Positions 17,557 through 26,346 of a stretch of DNA of 64,000 bases are shown one piece after another (within the stretch, counting starts at the first letter, position 1; each line of letters begins with the position of its first letter). The notes beneath the pieces were generated by a model that saw only the letters and a list, made by a program, of their open reading frames with translations, did not search any database and was not told the origin of the DNA. A program made the position numbers and the translations under genes. This stretch comes from an uncultured Gammaproteobacteria bacterium (lineage in GTDB: Bacteria > Patescibacteriota > Patescibacteriia > S139-126): positions 369,107-433,106 of the forward strand of contig CAZUKA010000001.1 in NCBI GenBank assembly GCA_964620905.1. Reading direction: 5' to 3'.

Positions 17557-18846
17557 ATGCTTTATTATAGCATATCTGTATTATCGTTATGTTTATTAAT
17601 CTGGGGGTACTGGTATGTACTCACCAGATTAATTAGCTTTTCCACTGCCACTTCTGGCGGTGTGGCAAATACCGTCAATGACCTATTGGGCCAAGCGGTT
17701 GATGCTGTTGAACCTATAAGTCAGCACCTTCCAATCTTGGGGCCATTGGTTCCAAGAGTTGAAAATTTCATTGCTGGGACTTTGGAAAATGTTTTAGCAT
17801 TGATTGTGCCTATGGCACACAATGTCAGGGATAGGCTAATTTGGGCCGCAGTGTATATTTCCGGGATACTAATCCTGCAGATGTTATTTACATTTATTGG
17901 CTGGCTATTTCCAGTTGCCTTCCTGGTTGTTCTAAACTTACTACTATCATACGCAGTAGCACAAACCTACGACCCAATTGTTGATGCTTTTTTCAAAAAA
18001 TATAAATTTAGAAGAAGCATCCGCCCTTTTGCACTTGTAGTCGGCTTACATCTCAACTTACTTGTCTTGACACTTTATTGGTATTTGATTGACAAAAATT
18101 TTTATCAATCAACCTTGGAAATTTTTTCTATATTTATTTTGTTAATTGTAGGTTGGGGCTTTATGCTCCTCTACAAACTGTATAGAAATGAAAAAGGTGA
18201 ATGGCAACCTAAGTTCTCTGACAAAGCCGGGGTGGTATTAAATACCGCTTCAATCATATTACTAGCATTCCTCTTGCTAGTAAAATTAATTGGGGTTGAG
18301 ACGGTAGAAAATGTTGGTGACTCTGGACAAAAAAGAGTCAAGGGTGTTGTTGAGTGGACAAGTAAACTTCTAAATAGCCCGGATTTTCTACCGGGTTATA
18401 CCAACAAGGAAACAAATCTGCTAACAGCAAATATGTTTAAACTGATGGTCGTGCCGTCAGAAACAGCTCTCAGATTCCCTGATTTCTATCAGGATAGGTT
18501 AACTAACCTCTCAACTACATATGTAAAAGTAAAACTGGAAAGTGGAGATGAGGGTTATATTAACCTTCTTGATTTAGAACAAGGTTTTCTAAACCCAAAA
18601 GAAAAAACAGAAAAATATGAAGAAGAAAAAGAATTAATTAAAAACCAAAATCAAGACACATTAAAATACGACTTTCCTGATAAAACACGATTTAAAATAG
18701 TGACTAAATCAGGAAAACCTTTTTTACAGGCCGACGGAGAACGTTGGCAACTCTGGGAGTCTGGACAAATGTTCAGAAAATTATTCCCTCAGGATATTGT
18801 AAAAGGTACAGTTGACGGAGAAAAATTCTTCGTCATAGTCCAATAA
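17557..18846 (+). CDS. Hypothetical polytopic membrane protein (~6 TM, ~240 aa) with a ~190-aa soluble C-terminal domain.
   Basis: RBS (aaaggag). Hydrophobic helices are seen in the translation. Confidence 0.55.
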   Translation: MLYYSISVLSLCLLIWGYWYVLTRLISFSTATSGGVANTVNDLLGQAVDAVEPISQHLPILGPLVPRVENFIAGTLENVLALIVPMAHNVRDRLIWAAVYISGILILQMLFTFIGWLFPVAFLVVLNLLLSYAVAQTYDPIVDAFFKKYKFRRSIRPFALVVGLHLNLLVLTLYWYLIDKNFYQSTLEIFSIFILLIVGWGFMLLYKLYRNEKGEWQPKFSDKAGVVLNTASIILLAFLLLVKLIGVETVENVGDSGQKRVKGVVEWTSKLLNSPDFLPGYTNKETNLLTANMFKLMVVPSETALRFPDFYQDRLTNLSTTYVKVKLESGDEGYINLLDLEQGFLNPKEKTEKYEEEKELIKNQNQDTLKYDFPDKTRFKIVTKSGKPFLQADGERWQLWESGQMFRKLFPQDIVKGTVDGEKFFVIVQ

Positions 18847-18905
18847 TTACAGCCGCTGGTCACGTACCGGCGGCTCTTTTTTTTACTAAATCTGATAAAA
18901 ATTAG

Positions 18906-18926
18906 ACCCTGAAAATTTCAGGGTCT
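18906..18926. terminator. Bidirectional terminator hairpin.
   Basis: gaccctgaaa-a-tttcagggtc, followed by ttttatt. Confidence 0.65.
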
Positions 18927-18930
18927 TTTA

Positions 18931-19950
18931 TTATTTTAAAATAATTAATTTTTTGGTGACAATTTTGTCATCAGCTATCAGACGATAAATATAAGTGCCG
19001 CTGGGCAAATTGTCAGGTAAAAAATTTACCTCGTGTTTACCATCAACTAATGGTTGGTTTAACAAATTGGCAACTTCATTGCCCAATATATTGAAAACAA
19101 GTAATTCTACTTGAGCTGGTTTAGGTAGATAAAACGAAATGATGGTTTCGCTATTGAATGGATTGGGATAATTGTCATAAAGCACAACACTTACCGGACC
19201 AAAAACTTCCACCTCTACGGAGCCGTAAATTTTACTTTCACCATTGTAATCCACTTGTCGCAGTCGATATTGATACTTCCCTGCTCTATTTAGCACATCA
19301 ACAAAATCATATGCCCCTTTTGTTTTTGTTGGAACAAAACCAAGCTGCTGCCATCCGAAATCTTGTCGATCAACAAAAAATCCATAATTGTTTGTTTCGG
19401 TAATTGTCGTCCAACTAAGTTGAACTGTAAATCTTTCACTGACAGCAAAAAATGAAATAAGTTCCACCGGTACTGGCGCATCAATTTGAATTGGTAAAAT
19501 AAGACTGTCAGGCAAAGCTGTGAGTTTAGCACGTAATTGATAATTTCCTAAGGGTATAGTTGAACCCAAGACAATGGTGGTATCAAAACGTATTTGCGAT
19601 CCATAAGTGAGCAGTCGGACCGTATTAGTATCTGGTGGTTCATTGGCTGGAACATTGTTCCAAATCAATTGATTATCTTGCCACAAGGAAAAGGTAACCC
19701 ATCTGGCTACAGGAAAAGTAAGATCAATCGGGAATATTCCCCAATTTTTGGCAGATAAACACAAGAAAACAGAATCTCCGACTACATAGTATGAAGTATC
19801 ACTGGTAAAAACCAGATGTAGATTTGGATTGCTTTGAGCAAATTTGGTTGTCTCATGACAGCCACAAAAATAATTGCACTCACCCGGTAGCTGAGCTAGT
19901 GGCTCAAAAGTAAAAATAAAAACAAACAACAGTAACCACAGTACTTTCAT
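18931..19950 (-). CDS. Secreted protein with a T9SS (Por) type-A C-terminal sorting domain.
   Basis: There is a signal peptide. The C-terminus YDNYPNPFNSETIISFYLP...GKHEVNF...SGTYIYRLIADDKIVTKKLIILK matches the Por_Secre_tail consensus. Confidence 0.7.
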   Translation of the reverse strand: MKVLWLLLFVFIFTFEPLAQLPGECNYFCGCHETTKFAQSNPNLHLVFTSDTSYYVVGDSVFLCLSAKNWGIFPIDLTFPVARWVTFSLWQDNQLIWNNVPANEPPDTNTVRLLTYGSQIRFDTTIVLGSTIPLGNYQLRAKLTALPDSLILPIQIDAPVPVELISFFAVSERFTVQLSWTTITETNNYGFFVDRQDFGWQQLGFVPTKTKGAYDFVDVLNRAGKYQYRLRQVDYNGESKIYGSVEVEVFGPVSVVLYDNYPNPFNSETIISFYLPKPAQVELLVFNILGNEVANLLNQPLVDGKHEVNFLPDNLPSGTYIYRLIADDKIVTKKLIILK

Positions 19951-20095
19951 GATTCCTCCAATTTTTTATTAGTTGTAGATTAATTTAATTGTCAAAGAAA
20001 TTGTTTAATAGCTTATCATAATTAAAAAAACTATTCAAATGAGTAGTTTGTTTGTCGCACACGGCTTTTAGTTTTGTCATACTGAACTTGGTTCA

Positions 20096-20115
20096 CCTGC
20101 CTGCCGGCAGGCAGG
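20096..20115. repeat. GC-rich 20-bp perfect palindrome in an AT-rich intergenic region.
   Basis: cctgcctgccggcaggcagg is self-complementary. Confidence 0.8.
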
Positions 20116-20195
20116 GCATCTCATTTAGATTCCTAAATAAATTCGGAATGACAGTAAATCAAGATGACACTGAAAAATTAAAAATTATATTACAT

Positions 20196-20903
20196 CTAAT
20201 ACTCAATTCCCCAGCCACGAGCCAACTCACCAATCAAAATACCAGCCAGTAAAGCCAGTCCCCCTATCACTAATATCTTGATACCTGATTTAAACCAAGG
20301 TTGTTTGGTATAAAGAGCTGTCAAAACTCCAAGCAGAAACAATCCAAGCAAAGTCATCAAGATGGACACGGGCATGGCGATTTTTATTGCAAAAAATAAA
20401 TAAGGTACTAAGGCCACCAGCCCACCAACAATATAAGCAATAAACATGAAGACACCGGTAGTCTTCGGATTTATTATTTTTCCTGGTAAAACTTTTAGCT
20501 CATGCAAAGCTTTTTCTTTGAGCATCAATTTTTTGTTTTGACTGACAAAATCTGCCATTTGTCTGGCTAAATTATCAGGCCAACCGTCTTTTTGATAAAT
20601 TGCAAGCAAATCATTTTTTTCAATCTCCATTTGATTATGTAATTCTTGTTTTTGTCGACGCAGTTGACTAATATCACGATCTCGTTCTGATCGATTGGAA
20701 ACATAAGAACCGATACCCATAGAAATTGATTCTACTGTAATGATGACAAAACCAGCTAGTAACACTGTAAAATGATTTTGACTGCCAATGGCAATACCGG
20801 TAATTGCCCCTAAAGTTGAAACCATACCATCTTCCAAACCAAACACTACATCACGGAATGATTGGAAAAAATTTATCCTTTGTTTAACAATATAATTTTT
20901 CAT
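20196..20903 (-). CDS. VIT1/CCC1-family membrane protein (DUF125; putative Fe/Mn transporter-like).
   Basis: FGLEDGMVSTLGAITGIAIG...ISMGIGSYVSNRSERD is the VIT signature. There is a central coiled region and C-terminal TMs. An ATGA overlap couples it to the upstream CYTH gene. Confidence 0.72.
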   Translation of the reverse strand: MKNYIVKQRINFFQSFRDVVFGLEDGMVSTLGAITGIAIGSQNHFTVLLAGFVIITVESISMGIGSYVSNRSERDRDISQLRRQKQELHNQMEIEKNDLLAIYQKDGWPDNLARQMADFVSQNKKLMLKEKALHELKVLPGKIINPKTTGVFMFIAYIVGGLVALVPYLFFAIKIAMPVSILMTLLGLFLLGVLTALYTKQPWFKSGIKILVIGGLALLAGILIGELARGWGIEY

Positions 20904-21481
20904 TTTTTTATAAAAGGATTAGAATCAGCAAAAGTCAGACGCGGTATTTGTTCGTGAATTAAATCAGGCTCAATGCCGTATTTTTTCTGATAAAGATTAC
21001 CTACATTGCCAAAAAGCGCTGCAGTGTAATCAAAACCAACTTTTTCCGCCACAGCTTTTACAGCCGCTTCACTCTGACCTTCAATTTCCACAAAAGGCGG
21101 CAGATATGGCCACTGATCTAAACATATTTCCACTCCATCCAGCAACCACAGTTCTCTTTTTGATTCTTGGTAAGCTTTCACCTCACAGCCAAGTAGTTGT
21201 AATAATTCCAAAGTTTTAGCAAAATCATCTACCTCCAAACAAACTTCTTTTTGATCTTCAATTTTGTCACCAGTAATCACTTTATAAGTCAGGGTGATGC
21301 GGTCAGCTTCATCACGTAGTCTAAGCCAAGAATTTTTATTTTTTACTGCCAAAGGTGGATTGATAATTACTCTGGTTTGTAAAAATTCATCTTTTACTAA
21401 TTTTGCACCGCTATTTGCTAAACGCTTTCTAAACTGATCAAAACTTACATCAATAAAAGTTGCTTCAAATTCTATTTTCAT
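20900..21481 (-). CDS. CYTH-domain protein (triphosphate tunnel metalloenzyme; class IV adenylate cyclase / triphosphatase-like).
   Basis: The N-terminus MKIEFEATF and the motif ...VEICLDQWPYLPPFVEIEG fit the CYTH pattern. Length is ~190 aa. An ATGA overlap joins it to the GAF gene. Confidence 0.6.
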   Translation of the reverse strand: MKIEFEATFIDVSFDQFRKRLANSGAKLVKDEFLQTRVIINPPLAVKNKNSWLRLRDEADRITLTYKVITGDKIEDQKEVCLEVDDFAKTLELLQLLGCEVKAYQESKRELWLLDGVEICLDQWPYLPPFVEIEGQSEAAVKAVAEKVGFDYTAALFGNVGNLYQKKYGIEPDLIHEQIPRLTFADSNPFIKK

Positions 21482-21972
21482 AATTGAGGTTTATTTAACT
21501 CTGTCTCGGCCCTTTTAGCCAAAGACAATAAAATACTGACACTATTGTCATTAAATTCGCGAGGTTGATTGTCTTTCACACACAACACGCCAACCGGCAA
21601 CCGAGTATTTGCTTCTCGTAGGGCTACACCGGCATAAAAACGAATATAAGGTTTACCTTGAACATAGGGATTGTCAACAAATCTCGGATCTAACCAAGTG
21701 TCTTTGACAATAAATATAAAGTCAGCATAAATTGCGTGACCACAAAAAGATATATCTCTTCCCCCCTCCCGTACATCCAATCCCCGACAAGACTTATACC
21801 ATTCTCGTTGGCCGTTGATAATAGAGATAGTGGCAATTGGCATTTTCAATTTTTCACACGCTTCTTTGGTGATAGCATCAAAACGTTCTTCCGGAACAGT
21901 ATCCAAAATACCAAGTTTATAAACTGCTGCCAAGCGTTCTGCTTCGTTTGCTTGTAATGGAGCTTTGATCAT
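21478..21972 (-). CDS. Standalone GAF-domain protein.
   Basis: NEAERLAAVYKLGILDTVPEERFD...SFCGHAI...RFYAGVAL...GVLCVKD is a typical GAF small-ligand-binding fold. Confidence 0.75.
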   Translation of the reverse strand: MIKAPLQANEAERLAAVYKLGILDTVPEERFDAITKEACEKLKMPIATISIINGQREWYKSCRGLDVREGGRDISFCGHAIYADFIFIVKDTWLDPRFVDNPYVQGKPYIRFYAGVALREANTRLPVGVLCVKDNQPREFNDNSVSILLSLAKRAETELNKPQL

Positions 21973-21992
21973 ATTTAAATAATAAAATTTAT

Positions 21993-22796
21993 TTACAATA
22001 ATCGCAAAAGATTATCAATATTTTTTTCCATTTCCACTTCACCAACTTTGACAATTTCTTCACCAATCTCTTCTTGAAAATAACTCCGCCAACTGGAAAA
22101 ACCAATTTTGGAAAAAGTAGGCTCTAAAATAACATCCGAACTTTGCAAAGAATATTTGGCCAAATGGTGCCGCATAATATCCAAACTACGATTGGCTACT
22201 TTTTTAAAAGAATAATCATCAAGTTCCACTGGACGATATTTTTGATAGTTATCCAGATTGATACTAACAACAACATCAGCACCCATTTGTCTCACTACAT
22301 CATCAGGTACTGGATTGCTCGAACCACCATCTATCAATAATTGCTGACCAATTGTTACTGGTTTAAATAAAGTTGGTATTGACATACTAGCTCTGACTGC
22401 CTTGGCCATGGCACCACTATCCAACACTACTGCTTGGCCACTTATCAAATCTGTAGCTATCGCAGCTACTGGAATTTTAGTATCACTAAATCCAGCGCCA
22501 CCGAACCATTGCTCCAACAATTTTTCCAATTTATCACCTTTGATTAAACCGCCTTGTAAAGTTGGTTCTAAAAAAATATAAAATTTATCCCGCCGCTTAT
22601 TAACGGTATAATCTTCCAGTTTGGCAATATCCTGAAACAAACCAAAAAAACACGCCACCCAGGCGCCCACACTTGATCCAGCTATAAAATCAATGGGTAT
22701 TTCGTGTTTCAGTAAGGTTTTTATCACTCCTACATGCGCCAACCCTTTGACGCCCCCACTACCCAAAGCCAAACCCACTTTTTTGTTGGTTTTCAT
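21993..22796 (-). CDS. Patatin-like phospholipase.
   Basis: GLALGSGGVKG (oxyanion Gly-rich loop), AGSSVGA (GXSXG nucleophile) and LIDGGSSNP (catalytic Asp) are present. Confidence 0.85.
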   Translation of the reverse strand: MKTNKKVGLALGSGGVKGLAHVGVIKTLLKHEIPIDFIAGSSVGAWVACFFGLFQDIAKLEDYTVNKRRDKFYIFLEPTLQGGLIKGDKLEKLLEQWFGGAGFSDTKIPVAAIATDLISGQAVVLDSGAMAKAVRASMSIPTLFKPVTIGQQLLIDGGSSNPVPDDVVRQMGADVVVSINLDNYQKYRPVELDDYSFKKVANRSLDIMRHHLAKYSLQSSDVILEPTFSKIGFSSWRSYFQEEIGEEIVKVGEVEMEKNIDNLLRLL

Positions 22797-22827
22797 TTAT
22801 ATCTAAATTATCCAAACTAATTCAAAA

Positions 22828-23193
22828 TTAAGTCGCGTCCAAAATCACACTGAAAACAAACCGACTTAGGGCATAGGCAACAATGATAATAAAAAGTCCA
22901 ATTACCCCGGCCGCAATAGTTTTTTTGGCGGTTTCCCCACGATCAGTGCCATAGCCACTGGCGGCACCGACTACTCCCCAAATAATTATCAAAACTAAAA
23001 GCAAACCCAAGATACCCAAGGATATATTGATTATCCTAGCGATCGTTACCCTAATGTCGCTAGTACCAAGCCCGATAGCTGAGCCGTATTCTAAACCAAA
23101 ATCAACCTGGGCAAAAACTAAGGCTGGGGCTAAAAACAAACCTAGACATACCAATGATAAAACCTGTTTATAACTTTTCATATTTATTACCAT
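22828..23193 (-). CDS. Small secreted two-TM protein, VirB2/TrbC-pilin-like. It is a paralog of 11396-11791.
   Basis: Signal peptide MKSYKQVLSLVCLGLFLAPALVFA, TM1 ISLGILGLLLVLIIIWGVVG, loop ASGYGTDRGETAKK, TM2 IAAGVIGLFIIIVAYAL. Confidence 0.35.
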   Translation of the reverse strand: MVINMKSYKQVLSLVCLGLFLAPALVFAQVDFGLEYGSAIGLGTSDIRVTIARIINISLGILGLLLVLIIIWGVVGAASGYGTDRGETAKKTIAAGVIGLFIIIVAYALSRFVFSVILDAT

Positions 23194-23224
23194 TATACCA
23201 AAAATAATACTTTTTGGCTAAATA

Positions 23225-24271
23225 TTAGCGTAAATATTTATTAAAAAAATCTGTTGTCCGTAACATTACTTGGGGCCAAGCTTTGATAAATTCATGTGGC
23301 TCACCAGTATAAATAAAATATTCATATTTTTTATTATTATCCTTAAGCGCCACAGACAATTTGTCTGACCATTCCAGCGGTACTGACTCGTCAGCATCGC
23401 CGTGATGGATCATTACTGGTATGGAAATATTACTAACAAAATTCAACGGTGAAATACTCTCCCAAAAATCAGGATTGGCATCAGGCTCACCGTACAAACT
23501 GATTATATCATTAGCTTCGGTTGGTCGATTTTTTGTCCAACGAGCAAAATTATCACGATAATCACCACTCACTGGTGCAAACAGTACAGCCGCTTTTACT
23601 AAATCAGGCCGAGCGGTTATTATATTCAATGTAATTCCTCCACCCATGGAATGACCAAGTAAACCAATATTTGTTTTGTCTATAAAATCAAAATCTGACT
23701 CTCTAACTGCATAAACTACATTAATTACATCCTCAGTATAGCCAAAACGCAAGGATAAATGATTGTCGTCATCTTTATCCGAATCAGCATGATTGCGGTA
23801 ATCAGGATGAATAACTACAAAACCATTTTGAGCTAAATAATCCTGTTCCCGTCTTAGTCCCCGACCATTGGTATATATACTAGGATCAATATAACCATGA
23901 TTTAAAATCAAAACTGGAAAAACACCATCTCCTTTGGGTACATTCATTATTCCAGAAATTTTTAAATCACCACTTAAATAAGTGACGTAATAACGGGTGT
24001 AATAATTATTGTCATCCAATACTCTACCCAGTTGTAAATCCCGACCGTCAAATTCTTGCTGACTTAAAGCAGGAATAGAAATCGGATAGAGTGGTAGGGT
24101 TTCAGCAATTTCTGCATCGGGTTGAATATTATTTTTATTTTCTTCATCAACTAAAAAATTTTTATTTGTCTTATTGTTCGCTGGCTGAGATGTGCGGCGA
24201 GAATAAATATAATAAAAACCGCCGAGCGCGAGTAGAATTATAAATATATATAAAAAAAATTTTTTATTCAT
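23225..24271 (-). CDS. Alpha/beta hydrolase (prolyl oligopeptidase S9 / dienelactone-hydrolase-like) with an N-terminal TM anchor.
   Basis: GLLGHSMGGG is the nucleophile elbow. HHGDADESVP is the His region. Confidence 0.7.
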   Translation of the reverse strand: MNKKFFLYIFIILLALGGFYYIYSRRTSQPANNKTNKNFLVDEENKNNIQPDAEIAETLPLYPISIPALSQQEFDGRDLQLGRVLDDNNYYTRYYVTYLSGDLKISGIMNVPKGDGVFPVLILNHGYIDPSIYTNGRGLRREQDYLAQNGFVVIHPDYRNHADSDKDDDNHLSLRFGYTEDVINVVYAVRESDFDFIDKTNIGLLGHSMGGGITLNIITARPDLVKAAVLFAPVSGDYRDNFARWTKNRPTEANDIISLYGEPDANPDFWESISPLNFVSNISIPVMIHHGDADESVPLEWSDKLSVALKDNNKKYEYFIYTGEPHEFIKAWPQVMLRTTDFFNKYLR

Positions 24272-24272
24272 A

Positions 24273-25478
24273 TTAATTGATTAATTTTTTTATTATATTA
24301 TTTCTCTGCTCCATACTTAAAGCGTGCAACACAGCTACAATCACTTCATTTTTTTTCAGTACAACGGTTCGCTGCGCTTCAACTAAAAATCCAGTCTTGG
24401 CCGCATCAGGCACAAAGGTATGTAAACTATAATTACGATCAGTAATTTTTACTTGTCTAGTCTGGCCATCAGCACTTCTAACCTGAGCTGAATAATCTTT
24501 GACCGCACTAGCAGTAGTAATTTCACTTTTACTAAAAGCCTGATTGGCAATTTTGGCCATTTCTTTGGCAGTAGTCACATTGTGCGCATTTAGACCCGTC
24601 ATTTCAAAAAATAGTGTTTTACTAAGTCCCAAATCTATTGCTTGTTGATTCATGGCAGTGACAAATTCGGTTCGTGACATGCCAGAATTATCCACTAAAG
24701 CCACAGTGGCTTGATTGGATGAAGCAATCAGCATCCCTAGCCATAAATCATAAAACGACCATTGATCCCCCACTTGTAAATCAACTTCGCTGGTAATATC
24801 TTCGCCTACCAAACTTTTAGGATAATCAAGTTGATCTTTAGTTATGATAATGGTTTTTTGCCAATCAGGATTGATTGATAATAAAACCAAAGCGGTCATA
24901 AGTTTAGTTAAACTAGCTGGCGGCAAAATTAGATCAGCGTTGTAACTTTGACTAAAATTTTTACCATCATAACGAACATAGGCCACGTCATTGAAAGTAG
25001 TATCATGAATAATTTGTTTAACATTGGTTTTGATTTTTCGTAAATTGTCATTAGTTATTCCTAATCCAAATTGGCGTAATATATTAAAAGCAGCTTCGCG
25101 GTTGGACAAATAATAACGCCTACCATCAACTGGATTGACATACCAAGCCTCACCGTGACTTTCCACTTGCAATAATATCCTACCCTTTAATCTTTGAACT
25201 AATTTTTGATCGCCTGACTCACCTGGGCTAGTAGGGATCTTAGCTAAATCACGGTTAGTAATACCCAGTCCCAACGAACGCATGATATTAAACGCTTCTT
25301 CACCATCGCGCAAATAATATCTTTCCCAACTTACTGGATCCACATACCAGGCCCGGCCATAGCTTTCCACTTGCAACAAAATCCTTCCCTGCAAACGATT
25401 AGCTAAATCATCAGCGGCTTTTATTTGGTATAAAGGTAGTAGAGTAAATAATAAAATGATATATAATATTTTTTCCAT
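24273..25478 (-). CDS. Serine-type D-Ala-D-Ala carboxypeptidase (PBP5/6-like, S11) with two N-terminal ~55-aa tandem repeats.
   Basis: PPASLTKLMTALVLL matches the SxxK active-site region. The duplicated module RLQGRILLQVESYGRAWYVDPV..RYYL...GLGITNRDL occurs twice. Confidence 0.7.
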   Translation of the reverse strand: MEKILYIILLFTLLPLYQIKAADDLANRLQGRILLQVESYGRAWYVDPVSWERYYLRDGEEAFNIMRSLGLGITNRDLAKIPTSPGESGDQKLVQRLKGRILLQVESHGEAWYVNPVDGRRYYLSNREAAFNILRQFGLGITNDNLRKIKTNVKQIIHDTTFNDVAYVRYDGKNFSQSYNADLILPPASLTKLMTALVLLSINPDWQKTIIITKDQLDYPKSLVGEDITSEVDLQVGDQWSFYDLWLGMLIASSNQATVALVDNSGMSRTEFVTAMNQQAIDLGLSKTLFFEMTGLNAHNVTTAKEMAKIANQAFSKSEITTASAVKDYSAQVRSADGQTRQVKITDRNYSLHTFVPDAAKTGFLVEAQRTVVLKKNEVIVAVLHALSMEQRNNIIKKLIN

Positions 25479-25630
25479 TGAATTAATTATAACAATAAAA
25501 CCACCTAACTGGCGAAGTTTTTTCCTAAAAGTTGTGATACTGATAGTATTGACATAACCATGGAAATATGATTTAATACTTTATTAAGTCTTTTTACAAT
25601 AATTAAATATAAACAAATAAGGAAAAAATT

Positions 25631-26062
25631 ATGGGAAGGTTATTTAAATATTTATTTAATGTCTCACTATTTTCATTAGTTATTTATTCTATTTTGTATT
25701 TAAATACAAATGACTTTGTAGGGGCAGTATTAGCTGCAGGATTTTCTGCATTAGTAGCAATGTTGACAGTATTAGCTGTAAAAGGAAATTCGGCAACCGA
25801 AGTAGCTGCAGCAGCATTAGCAGTAATGACAGCATCTCTTATAATGGTAGCTCCATCAGCGGAAGCAGCACTTCCAACAAAAGAAGTTGCAGTAGAAATG
25901 GTAATATTTGTAGCAGTAATAATAGCAATAATTTCTATTTTTATGGCAATTGCATCAGTAGATGATCTACGAATAAAAAAATGGAAAATAATTCTTTCCA
26001 TCATAATTCAAATATCTGTCATAGATGCTTTTTTCTATGGATTATACCTGTTAAAAATATAA
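25631..26062 (+). CDS. Hypothetical small membrane protein.
   Basis: ORF with several hydrophobic helices, followed by a terminator at 26078-26112. Confidence 0.4.
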   Translation: MGRLFKYLFNVSLFSLVIYSILYLNTNDFVGAVLAAGFSALVAMLTVLAVKGNSATEVAAAALAVMTASLIMVAPSAEAALPTKEVAVEMVIFVAVIIAIISIFMAIASVDDLRIKKWKIILSIIIQISVIDAFFYGLYLLKI

Positions 26063-26077
26063 TAAAATTTCAATCTC

Positions 26078-26112
26078 ATCAAAACCTCATTAAGCTAAAC
26101 TTAGGAGGTTTT
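26078..26112 (+). terminator. Terminator hairpin.
   Basis: aaacctc-attaagctaaactta-ggaggtttttt. Confidence 0.55.
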
Positions 26113-26346
26113 TTATTTATAAAGAAACCCAAAAAATGGTGCTTAAATGGTGCTTAGTGGATTGAAAAATACTCCCCATCGCTCCGACTCGGGTATCTGG
26201 GCGCTACGCATCGAAAGCTGCGCCAGCTTGCTTTCTCTCGCACCCCTCTTGTCACTTTTTCAATCTCAACAATCAAAAAACAAATACATTCTTGTATTTA
26301 TTTTTTGATGGCGGGACACAGTAGGCGTAGGACTAACGTGTTTTTA

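Noticed and set aside
26140-26280. RNase P RNA or SRP RNA in the GC-rich noncoding patches (also checked 33420-33580 and 59175-59440)
   Set aside because: None of the universally conserved motifs (GGAAAGUCCGG / AGGGUGAAA..GGUGCGGUAAGAGCGCACC for RNase P; the GGAA tetraloop with GGAAGCAGCC helix-8 motif for SRP) could be found on either strand. The regions are kept only as unclassified candidates.
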